64,000 nucleotides of DNA, from contig NC_092677.1 in the NCBI RefSeq assembly GCF_964355755.1, forward strand, positions 25,345,175-25,409,174, read 5' to 3'. The DNA comes from Antedon mediterranea (taxonomy: Eukaryota; Animalia; Echinodermata). Below the pieces are notes generated by a model, which was not told where the DNA came from, did no database searches, and saw nothing but the letters and a program-made list of their open reading frames with translations. Position 1 is the stretch's first letter; every line of letters begins with the position of its first letter. The translations under genes and the position numbers were made by a program. Below, piece after piece: positions 1-12,500 of this stretch.

Positions 1-289
1 ATAGGCCAAAACCATTTTTGTTTTCACTGCTAACCCGCCACCAACAAAAAAAAACAAACTTGTTGAGTCTTTAATATTGTAATAATTATTACGAAAATCT
101 TCTACACCTCATACAATAAACCCCCCTCATAACCCTATCCCAACATCACAATATCTTCAAAATTAATTATTCATAAAATGAATATAAAAACACTTATAAT
201 ATTTGCGATATAAAACTTTACGATTTAGAAATAAAATGAATAAAAACAAAACGGAAATATGTTGCTACAATATTTACGAATAAAACGTG

Positions 290-390
290 TATAGATAACG
301 CGTTTAACGCAAAAAACGTGCTTAACGCAAACAACGCGTTCAACGCAAACAACTCGTTTAACACAAACATCGCATTTATCGCATATGCGT
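290..390. repeat. Degenerate ~18-bp tandem repeat (aacgcgtttaacgcaaac-like)
   Basis: About 5 diverged units; explains ORFs 218..415 and 225..422. Confidence 0.6.
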
Positions 391-2532
391 AAAATAAAAT
401 AATTATGAAAGACATTTAACACTCAACTTTCTTTAAAATGCAAAATGAGATATTTGACACCAGGTTTAAAAAAATGCTTAGCTGACTTGAAGTTGTGTTT
501 CTCCCATGTACAATCCTTATTTCAAATTGAGTTGTCAATATTTTAGGAAGCACAGTCGGGTACAAGTAATTACATAGGAGAAATGTAATAATATATTTTT
601 GTATCAATTTATCATTATTTATACATAATTAATATATAGATATATATATATATATAGGAACATGTGACAGACTTAATAAAAAGTACTATTTAAATAATGT
701 TGTTCAGATTGAGAGTTTTGTATTTAAAGTAAATGGGAATTAAATAACATTATGTTATAATTGTTTTTAATAAATAATATTATAAGTAAGTAATGTATTC
801 TTGACAAAAAAGTTCAGGTTCTGGGGATAAATCAGAGTCCTTGGTATAATACAGTACTCTATGCAGCATTATGTTACAGTAACATATTGTTGTATGTGAA
901 AATGACACAGTGTATTTGTCGCTTACTGTGTGTATATATGTCCAGCATTACACATACTGTCCACTATGTCTGCCCATTCAAAGTCTATTGTAAATAGGAT
1001 ACTCTTTAGTCTTAACATAGACAATAACGATACACTATGCATATACAGTATAGGAACTGACTATGCTTTTATATAACATACATGTTGCAATGTTTATTAT
1101 ATACCTATGTATATGTTAACATAGACAGTAACTATACACTATGTGCATGTTAAAATCATTCTACTGAAGTTACTGCAGTAAATACATTAAACTGTTTAAG
1201 CTTTTGTTGGGTAATGACACATTTGCAGTGTCGCATAAACCTCTATGAAACAAGCTACGTTACTGCAGTAAAAAGATGTACAGTAGTTACTGCAGTAACA
1301 TAATGTTAACATGATTTAACAAATATACAGTATAGAACCTATGTTTACAGCATAAACGTTAGAGTCCATCATCGGAATAAGCTTTTTTGTTTTCAAATGG
1401 AAGATCATAATGTTGAAATGACACAAGTGACAAATTATCTTAACAGTAGTAGCAGCAGAATATCGGGGTCACCCTTTGGCATATATCTAAACCACACATA
1501 TACATGATTCAAATCTTACAACCAGCTCAGACGGTGTCCAATTAGGTAAGTTGTTTTTATTTTATATCAAATTTAAAAAAAAAATGTTACATTTTTAAAA
1601 AGGTCAAATAATGTCCATTTTTAAATTATTTCTGCTTTCCACATATTTTTCTTACTAATAATATATTTAGGCCTACCTGTTTTTTTTTTCATTTTTAGAA
1701 TAAAACAAATCATTCAGATAAAACTGAATTGAATTAGATTAATTTTGTTTATTTTTTGCTTTTTTTACCTTTCAATAAATAAAAACATTTTTTTTTTATT
1801 CAATTCATATAGAAAATTAAAGTTATTACGTAATTATAAATGTGGAATCCAAATAAAAATGAATTATTAAAAATATAATGACATTGTCCAGAATGATGTA
1901 TATATAACAATCAGGAGTTATTTCAAATTTAATCTATTTCTTCATGGTTTTATTACTTTTATAGTTTTTAATTCATTACGTAAATAAATTTAAATGATGA
2001 TTTGCACAATTGTGCCCTTTTTTATTTAATAATAAATAAATTCAATGATTCACTAGCTGACCCATGTCAAATTATTTTACTGCAGTTACTGCAGTAAACT
2101 ACTGTAGTTTTGTTTAATCAATAATTTATTTTATCATCTTTTTCATTTCACATTATTTTTTAATTCTGCATAATCGCTTAGAATTTACATCTTTCTGTTA
2201 TTGATAAATTTAAAAAATATGTAAAATTATGGGAACTATTGTATTTTTATGTCCCAAGTCCAACATATTTTTTTTCTGTAATAATTAAATTGAAGTAAAT
2301 TTGGAATAATAAGAATATGATGCTAATAAAATGAAATAATAATGAATTTTATAGACTCTGTTGTGTTTAAGTGTAAACAGACCTTTAAACATGATCACAT
2401 TATACACTTGGGTTTAGATACATATCATTGTGTGAACATGTGTTAAGGCTTACAGGCAATTATGAGGCATAATCAATCTTTTCTTTAAATAAAAAAACTT
2501 CCCAAAAATAACTTGTTTTGTTTTGGGCCCTA

Positions 2533-2752
2533 AGGGATCATATCAAAGAATATTGTACTGCGGTTACTGCAGTAAACTATATTCACTTTCATATCTTTTA
2601 TATCTCTTATAATTTTGCAAGCTTGATTTTGATAATCATACACACTTTTATTAAAGTGTCTGTCTTGTAACGTTTACACTGAAACAAACTAAAATTATAC
2701 TAATAGTACATTACTTACTGCAGCACCTGCAGTACAAAATAACATGATTACT
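2533..2752. mobile_element. MITE family B (TIR GGGATCATGTCAAAATTATTCTACTGCAGTTACTGCAGTA-like), degenerate copy
   Basis: Inverted ACTGCAGTTACTGCAG motifs at both ends; same pattern at 36586-36810 and 54593-54792; solo ends at ~2060, 10626, 42390, 48520. Confidence 0.55.
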
Positions 2753-3032
2753 TAGTCCTGAATATAATTGAAGATACCTGATTTCTAGCATAAAAAAGCG
2801 ATTTTTTTATAGAATTTCTTTCATTATTAATGATATTCATAATGATCTACATTATAACTTCATGATTTTATACCTTGTCAAGGATATGATATGAATTGGA
2901 ATGCCAAAAATAATTCTTAACTAAAACAATTAATAAAAAACTAATGAAAAAATAGCATAGAAAAGGGAATTAGGAAAAAAAAAATTGGTTAAATTAAAAA
3001 TTGAATTTGCACTTATTTCAATTATTTACAGA

Positions 3033-3530
3033 TCATAGTGTCTCTTTGTAAGAAAATTCATCTCTATTAAAAAACTTGGCATTGTGCACCGGTGTCGTCC
3101 AATCGGTTTCTTGAGTTGAACTTGTGCTTGGTAACTGTCGTATCGACGACGCGTCCGTATTGCATGAATGTCCAGAAATAAAGTCCGACGAGTTGTTCAG
3201 ATTGAGACATAAATGATTTGTGTTTGTAGAACCGAGTAAGTAGTTATCTGGATCTGAAACTTGTGATTGCACTAACGACTGGGAATTCCCTGAATTGAAA
3301 GTTTGGGAATTTCCCACAAACATTGAACTCCTCTGTTCTGCGTCTGAGTTCGCATCGAGTAAACGTTTAGTTTCACTAGTAGGATACGAGTCCTTTTTTA
3401 AGTCACTGTTTTCTTCTGTTTTTGTATTTGTCTGTTGATAGTTATTTTTATCCTCTTCATTACAGAACGCTTGCTCTAATGAATAGTAAATGGCCATAAA
3501 AACTACCAAGAAACCGCCTAACAGCAATAT
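3033..3530 (-). CDS. PCSK7: PC7 coding exon 15 (TM helix, cytosolic tail, stop)
   Basis: [23 protein letters not shown]...FSYKETL*; acceptor tttgacgtag; hydrophobic TM followed by YYxLE. Confidence 0.88.
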   Translation of the reverse strand: MLLLGGFLVVFMAIYYSLEQAFCNEEDKNNYQQTNTKTEENSDLKKDSYPTSETKRLLDANSDAEQRSSMFVGNSQTFNSGNSQSLVQSQVSDPDNYLLGSTNTNHLCLNLNNSSDFISGHSCNTDASSIRQLPSTSSTQETDWTTPVHNAKFFNRDEFSYKETL

Positions 3531-6500
3531 CTACGTCAAAAAAAAAAAGAAAGCAATTAAAAAGATTATTTTGATGGATATTATGCTTTTTAATCTTGGG
3601 AAATATTTTAAAATATACTTATATATTTAACGGAAATCTTAGTTGTGTTGGCGGGTAAATTTTGTTTTGGAACTTTCTATTTTTAACAATATTTTTTGAT
3701 AATGTATATAATTGCTTTGGAATATCATACCTATTTGGGTACCCATCATACCCATTTGGGTACCCCTCATACCCATTTGGGTAACTCTCATACCCCTTTG
3801 GGTATCCCTCATACCCCTTTGATACCCCTTCTTATACCTATTTGGGTACTCCCATACCAATTTGGGTATCCCTCATACCCCTTTTGGTACCCCTCATACA
3901 CCTTTTGGTACCCCTCATACACTTTTGGGTACCCACCATATCTCTTCGGGTGCCCCCCATACCCTTTGAATACCCCATACCCCTTTGGGTACCCCTCACT
4001 ATATCTCTATATTATGTATTCAATTCAAGGGGTTAATGCCTGCTTTAAAAAGAGCACAATTAAAATTTACATTATCAATGCATAGGTACTGTGTTTAATG
4101 GAATATTTGTAATGGTTTTTTTCTTTCCAATTTTTCAAAGTACACTAATATCTGTTACATATGCTAATGGTTACATTTATTCCATAGTATCCAAAAAATA
4201 AATAAAATATTTGAATGATTTTTACAAAAATTGGAATATTTTTACATTAATATTTGATGAATATTTATACTGAGTAAAGATGTATCTATACCTGACATTT
4301 AAAAGCGTAAATTCATTTTTGGTACAGTATAGCCTGTATAATATTGATTTTTAAATGAGTAAACAGAGAGATGTTTTTTTTTTCTCTTTTGTGAAGTAAA
4401 CAGAGAGATAACATACGTAACAGAAAAAACACAATAGCAAATAATATTTAGTAGTAACAGAAAATAAATAAATCACCCACTTTGATGTCAATAAAAATGG
4501 TATTAATGCAATTGTATAAATGTAAAATTCAGAAATTTAAGTTTTATTATAAATTTCTGCTATCTTATTTGATAAAGAGATTTAAAGAAGACAAAATTAA
4601 CAACAAATTTCCAACAATACTTTAATGAGTAAAATACTATGATATTGGAGAGAAATGTTTGCAGTTCACAGGATAACCTACTTTACATATTTAAAAAAAA
4701 ATGTTCTATAAAACAAATAAATAACAGTAGCACCCATTTTTGGGACAACCCTATCCAGGGGACAATTTCCTAAACAAGAATAAGGGGCCAATGTTTTATA
4801 TATTTGTATGTTTTAACACCTATTTAGGGGACAAATTGTACTGTATGAAAACTTATTTAAAATTATAATTATGCAAATCAAAGTTTTAAAATATAATTGT
4901 TCTAATATTTTCATATAATTTTTTTTTTTCAAGTAGTTTATATCAGCTGCTGCTTTTACGAAATTTTTTCGAGATCTTTTCCAATTTTACTTTTGACACC
5001 GAAGTGTTTAAAGTAATGTCGTGAATAATATTGCCGAACTAATAAAAATTGCTTGTTTTTGAAATGTATAACATATTTTTTTACTTATATATTTTTATTT
5101 ATTTGCATTTTTAATTAATTAATTTTTAAATATCGGCCTTATATATTTTTTTTCTAAGGGTGCAAGTTAGCTAGGCTCAGCATATTACAGATCTTAAGAC
5201 AGACATCTAATATTTGTTTTCTTGTGAGTGAAAAATTAAAACCAATTGAGTGGGATTGAATTGAAGTGAAATTGAAGATCGTCGAATATTAAACAATAAG
5301 TATATATTTATTTATACAAGTACATCTCTGAAAACCAAATTCAAATTCACACTGAAATTTAAATTTCCTTTGAAGTGTTTGCAAGTACTGTGTAGTTAGC
5401 TTAATTATAATTTCCTTTGACTGCTGTTAGACCCTAGGCAGATTGCGACGTGTTTAAATAGAGTTCTGTGTTGTTTATTTATTGAATAAATACACACATT
5501 TTTTTTTTCTTAAATCATAGATCATTGATATACTACCAGCTTCTTTGTACAGTACTGCCTACAGTACTGTACAAAACTGTTACCTTAGATGAAAAGAATA
5601 GGGCTCCTTCTGTTGAATGCTACAGCAAGGAAAAAGCGTTCGCATTTGGGCGAAATTCACTGATTTATCGTAAAGAATTGTATACAGATACTTAATATAA
5701 AAACAGAAAAAAACATTCATCATCACTGATTATAGTTTAAAAGTACCGTTAAAAACGTTTTAAATTTTCCTAAATTTATGGATCATAACAGAAGAACTGC
5801 TTGTATGTAGATAGAAAGAATAGGGCTCCCTCTCTTAAATGTTACGGCAAGAAAAGAGTGTTGGACAAGTATGTGTTCACAGTTGTGCGCAATTCACTGA
5901 TTACAGTTTTTCTATTTTAAGTACCGTTCAAAACCGTTTAAATTTTCCTCAATTTATTGTTCACTGACGTGTACAACAGAAGAACTACCTCTCTCAAATG
6001 TTGCGGCAAGAAAAGTGTTAGACAAGTATGTTCGCACTTGTACGCAATTAACCTATTACATTTTTTCTATTTTAAGTACCAATCAAACATGAACGGTGCT
6101 CATCAAAACGATACTTATAAACAGAACATTCATTTATGGTCAAGAATTTTCATTACGCTCTATGAATTCAAAATAGACAAGCTTAATTTGTGTTTAATTA
6201 CTCCTTATTTGATTGAGATTCAGCCTACGGCATTTGTTATCAAATTGATATTGTTAATATCCTAACTTAATTTTCTTCTTTCTGATCTGACAAGTTAGTC
6301 GGCGTCTTTCTCTCGTACACGTTATTACCATCATTGAAAGGCATGCCAGCGTAAAATATTTTGGGTACTTAGCGCAAACGAACATGATTAGAGCAGTGAT
6401 GAAATATGGAAATTATCGAAGTATCCGATTTGATTTCTTAGCGTTTAAATTTGATCTTTAATTTCAACTTAAAGTGGATTGAACAGTAGACCTAGATTTT

Positions 6501-9500
6501 GAACAAGTTGAGGGTGTTACTTTTCATTCCCAGCGCATCATTTTTGAAATATAATAGCTTTTATATTTTTTTTTTAATAGTTAACGTATTCTTTACCTTA
6601 CTCTTTATTTTTCTCCAATATGTTAAAATAAAAGTCTTCTGTTGATGGTCTGACTTTAAATGAAGTAGCCTAAACATTTGTAGTTATTGTTAGAAATGTA
6701 TAGTTTATCTTGAAAGATATACTACAAATAATAAGGCCTAAACGAACATGATACAAATCATTCATTACTTTTTTTTTCCAGTACTGGATATTAAAAAAAC
6801 ATAGTTGTTTTAAATGTTTATTTCATACGCATCCAACAGCAAGCAAGTCACTAATTACCAGATGGATATTAAACTAAATGAATATTAAGTTTCAATTGAG
6901 GATTAAGGAGTGGAGTTGAAAGAGTCATGAGTTACAACCCTGGCACTAAGTCAGGATTGAACCCTGGATCTTGGTATTGGAAGGCAAGCACATTAACCAC
7001 CGAATTACAGCTCCACTACATATTAATATATTTTCTCCATTGTAGACCTTAAATAACTTAAGTTTTTTTTCCCCAAAGCCTGAAAGACTTCTCTTGTTCC
7101 TAACCCTTTTGATTATTCTTCCTTCTTTGGAAGAACAAAGCCTAATTTCCAGTTGTGCAAAAATGTAATATTTTTACTAACCTTTCCACAACAAAAGTAA
7201 ATTTTTCTTTTAAATAACTGCGATTTTTAATTCCATTGACAAAAACTCAAGGAACTAGAATTTGTGGCAGACGCAAAGAGGAAAAACAAGTTTATTTTTT
7301 AACCGAATGTTGATTTTAAAAGGAGTATTTACCTGTAGAGACTTTGTGGACAGTAGCCGGTCATTGTTAAATGATAATGCTAAGCTTGGTGGACATGGCA
7401 GTGTCTCGTTACTTAGTAAAAACTCTCCACCCATCGCCTCTTCCACCATTCTGCAGAAAAATTAAGAAAACAATCAAACCAATGACCAAACAGACAGTAA
7501 TAACTTAAGCTCTGTCTACACTATCAAACTAGTTTGACAAAAAAAGTGTGATATGCCAAAATATGGTAGTGATATACCCAAATATGGTAGTGATATGACA
7601 TCATCATGTCCATATATTGGCACATCACATTTTTTTGTCCCATACAGTTTGATAGTGTAGACAGAGCTTAAGAATAACATATTAAGAGAAAAAATCTATC
7701 AAAAGATAACTTTATTATTACAATAAAAAATTTAATTAGTATTTAATTACAGAAATGTTATAGAATACTAGAAATCAATACAGTAAGCATATGTCCAACG
7801 AAATTATGATATTGTTATGATTAATCAATAAAATACAACCAGTAAATTAATAATCGTAATATGAATTGTCATTATTAATATATTTTATTATAAGTATATT
7901 ATATAGTCTGAACTTCAATGAACTATATATCATATAGAAATTTACAATTTTAATTTATATCCACATGTGTATGTTGAATACCATGTATTATCACATCTGT
8001 TGGTGAAGAATTTCAATAAATTACAACAAATTGTTTGTTTTCAGAAAAAGTTTTACATATTGCATGCATTGAACATGTGAACTATCATTTATGATCACAA
8101 ACATTTTTTTTCATTTTATTCATTTGGCTCAAGATTCTTAAAAGCAGGAAACCCACTGTCGCCCGAAGGACGTGCGGCTCCCTAATCAGACTATTATAAT
8201 ATAAACTTTAAATTACAGTACAGAGACTACGTAAATAAATACTGGAGATATCAGAACAACCTAAAGCTCTGTCTACACTATTAAACTAGTTTGGAAAAAA
8301 AAGTGTGATGCGCCCATGGTAGTGATATGACATCATCGTGTCCATATATGGGCACATCACATTTTTTTACACATAAAGCTTGACAGTATAGACAGAGCTT
8401 TAGAACTGAACATATACAATATCAAACATTTAAATTCTCAAAATGCTTCTTTTTTTTTTGTAATCATTTTCATAAAGATAATGTTCACATCACTTGATTG
8501 GTTAAACCTTTGTGATGTATTTGATCTCAAACGATTGTCTTTATTATTATTATTATTATATCAATATTTATAAAGTGTCAATTCAAAGACCGAGGTACAA
8601 AATCAAAGGCGCTGGGCATGTTAGTGGTAAAAAAAATGAGTTTTGAGCAATTTTTTAAATAAGGCAACAGAAGAGCAGTGTTTAATTTGTGGGGGGGGGG
8701 GGGGGAGTGAATTCCAGAGTGTGGGTGCCGCAAAAGAAAGCGATCTTAGTGTTTAAGTGTTTAAATGAATGTACCTTAAATCATATTTTAAATTTTTTAA
8801 TGAAAATCATCATCATTTTACAAGAAATAGTTGCAAATCACTTTCCCTGGAAAAATGTAGAACAGATTACTTAAGCATTCATTTAAATGGTAATCTTTTA
8901 AACACATTAAGTGAAGAAACTAAATTGTCAAGTAATTTAAATGTTTTCAAAAGTAACTTTAAGGCATTACTGTAGTTTAGTTCTATTGTCTTACTGTTAT
9001 TTTTATTTTTTAGTTTTATTTCATTTTAAATTTTTGTTTAGCAATTATTGCTAATCAAACTGATTTTTTAGTCGAGAAACATAGTTTTGTATTGTCTTTT
9101 TTGCTACACAATTTTAGAAATGTGTAGCAATAAGGTTGTTTTGTATAGCTTTTTGCTATGCTACACTGGCGAAATTATTCCCTGCTATTGTACCCAGGGT
9201 CCCAAGGGAGACCAGTCTTTTTGACTGATGGGCCACCCTGGTTAAATATTGTTAATAAATAAATAAATAAAAATGTACAGTATATCACGTTATTTAATGG
9301 AACTTCTCATAAATATAGTATCTATTCGAGGAAAAAACATGTCAAACGAGAAATGTTTGATGTCGTAAATAGCACAGTTCATATTAATTGTCATTTAAGT
9401 GTATTTAATCATTCTCTAGCATTTCGCTTCATGAAAATTGGCAGTGTCTCCTCACGGCTCCTCATGCAATGTTTACCTAATAAGAACACAACATAGAACT

Positions 9501-12500
9501 GCCTCTCAGATGAAAGTAGAAGGCAACAGTGATGTAATATTGATGAAGATACATTTATATTAGCAAAGGTTATACAAAGGCCTGATAATAAATTGTCTTT
9601 ATAGACATAGTATATTACAGATTACAAACTTAAATAATACCCGATCTTTAAGAAAAGTAAATAAAAAATGTGAGAAATGAAGTATGTGGTATTAAAACAA
9701 GCATCTTCTTGAGTGCTTAGGACATGTCACTTATTACTTAAGCTCTGTCTACACTATCAAACTTTATGTGACAAAAACATGCGATGTGCCCATATATTGA
9801 CATGATGATGTCATATCACTACCATATTTAGGCATATCACAACTATATTTTGGCACAGCAAACTTTTTTTTGTCAAAATAGTTTGATAGTGTAGACAGAG
9901 CTTTATACCCTTTTCACACACATCAAACTTCGCAGTGAGTAACAGCAAGTTACTGCAGTAATATAATTTTTCGTTTATTTTATTTGTTAGAAACTGTGAA
10001 TATTGAATAAATGTTACTGAACTAGACTTGTTGATATAAAGTTTGCGGTACAACACATATATTAGTTCTTTAAAGAACTGTCGAGTTTCTCGACATTTCG
10101 ATTAATATGTTTTGATCGTCCTCAGGAGTGAGACTTCATAATCCATAATACTTCCAATGTTCATTTCTATTAATTGGTCAGTTTCTTATGTTTAATTCTC
10201 AAAATAAAACTGTTATTATTATTATGATGATGGATATTGGCATCAATAAAGATTACAGAATGCCAAACTGTTTTGAAATAAAATTTTCTTTTAAGTCTGG
10301 ACTACAAGTATCCTTCAATCTTGAAATAATTATCAGATGACAAAATTGAAAAATGTAAAATCTTTCTCAATGCATACCTGAAGACATCACAGTGATAAAT
10401 CAAAATGAATTTTAAAACTTTGAATTTGATTTATAAGTTTAATAATTCGTAGATGACAAGGGCTTGTCAATTTTTACAATTCTACGTTTAACTATTAACA
10501 TATCCGGAATGTTTTTTTTTATTTTCCCCGTAATTTCCCTTTTTTTTATCTAGCATTTCAACAACATCTCACAAATCGATTTGAGAATATATTACGAATG
10601 AATAGTATTATCCTTTATCTATTTAGGGACCATGTAAAAACTATTTTACTGCAGTTGCTGCAGTACTCTTTAAACCTAATTATGTAATTGTTTTTTCACG
10701 TTGCAAGATCTCCAAATTAGTAGTATTCTGTAGAAGGTTGATAGAAGTTGGATTTGGGTTTACACTTTTAGGCAGGGTGACCAAGCCCAGCTCCACTCGA
10801 CCCAACCAAGCTCGATCCAACCAAGCTCGACCCAACCAAGCTCGACCCAACCAAGCTCGACCCAACCAAGCTCGACTCAACCAAGCTCGACCCAACCAAG
10901 CTCAACCCAACCAAGCTCAAAGATAGCTAACAATATAAAGCTTAGATTAAAGCTCTGTCTACACTATCAAATAGTTTGACAAAACAAAATATGATGTGCC
11001 TAAATATGGTAGTGATATTTCCAAATATGGTAGAGATATGACATCATCATGTCCATATATGGGCACATCACATTTTATTGTCACATAAAGTTTGATGGAG
11101 CTTTATGAAAAAAACCTTGCATGTGCCAACAGAAACCAGGGCAGGATTTGCTGTGAAAATGTAAATACCAAACGTTGATATTCATAAAATCTTTTCACAA
11201 TAAATTGAAATTCAAAACCATTATTATGAAATCCCTGAAAAATCAGAACCTCCATTTCCAAATCTAAACACGGAAAATAAGAATCTTAAATAGTTCCATT
11301 AAAAAAAAAACATATTCTTATGATGTTGAACGACAGTAATTGATTGAGAATCTCTGAAAGCTTGGGGGAATTAAATAACTGATGTGCTTAATTGCTCTCT
11401 GTTATTTCACATCCTTCCATATTTATGTTTAAAAAAAAATGGAATAAAATGTTTGTCTACTAATTCACGAGTCATTTGGTTTAAATCTGTCTGATTTCAG
11501 CAACTATCAAAAATAGAAAAACTCCAGATTTGGAGGAACATGATTTAGGAAGAAGTGGAGAGATGGTGTACCAAAGTGGAAAGAGGGAGTGACTCAAATA
11601 AAAGATGACGATGAAACTTATTCCAACATTCCCAACATTTTGGAGAATGATACAGGCCTTGTTGGTGTTTGTATCTAAATTGTGTGTGCTTTGTTAGTGA
11701 TACTGGAAAAGGTGTTTGTCTACTAATTCACGAGTCATTTGGTTTAAATCTGTCTGATTTCAGCAACTCTCAAAAATAGCTTTAGAAAAACTCCAAATTT
11801 GGAGGAATATGATGCAGGAAGAAGTGGAGAGATGGTGTAGCAAAGTGGAAAGAGGGAGAAAGCTGACTCAAATAAAAGATGATGATGAAACAGATTCCAA
11901 CCTTCCCAACGTTTTGGAGATTGATACAGTACAGACCTCTTTGGAAAATTGCAGGTGCTGTGTGTTTGTTTGTATCTTATTTATGAGTGTTTGTTTAGTG
12001 ACCAAACACAAACACCTAACAAAAATACAGACTTTTCTTTCCAAAAACTTCCCATTAGAGCTTCCTCCAATTTAAGACCATATACCACAATATATACCAA
12101 ACAGATTTGGAGGAACCTGATGCAGGAAGAAGTGGAGAGATGGTGTAGGAAGGAAGTTGTTTACAACTTTACAACTACCTGGTGTAGCAGCCTGGAACAA
12201 GTGGAAAGAGGGAGAAAGCTGTATCAAATAAAAGATGATGATGAAACAGATCCCGAAAAATTGCATGTTTTATTGTTCGTTTGTATCTTAATTATGAGTG
12301 TTTGATTTAGTGACCAATTAAACACCTAAAAAGTGAATAACTTTAAAAAAATAAAGACATTTCCTTCTAAAAACTTCCAATTAGAGCATAGAGATATTAT
12401 AAAATGTCTATGATTGACTCTACTCCTCCGATTTAAGACCATATCATAATAAAATAATGCTTATGTTTCAGGGTACAGATAACAGCAGCTGGGAATGCAA

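Noticed and set aside
3639-4085. Pro/His/Tyr-rich ORFs
   Set aside because: Produced by the ~20-bp minisatellite inside the last PCSK7 intron.
6905-7018. tRNA gene (also the heads at ~23097, 30400, 31940, 48300 and 48783)
   Set aside because: Degenerate cloverleaves without a proper acceptor stem, most continuing into SINE bodies.
10680-10926. ORFs with RPNQA / GRAWL repeats
   Set aside because: 15-bp minisatellite artefact.
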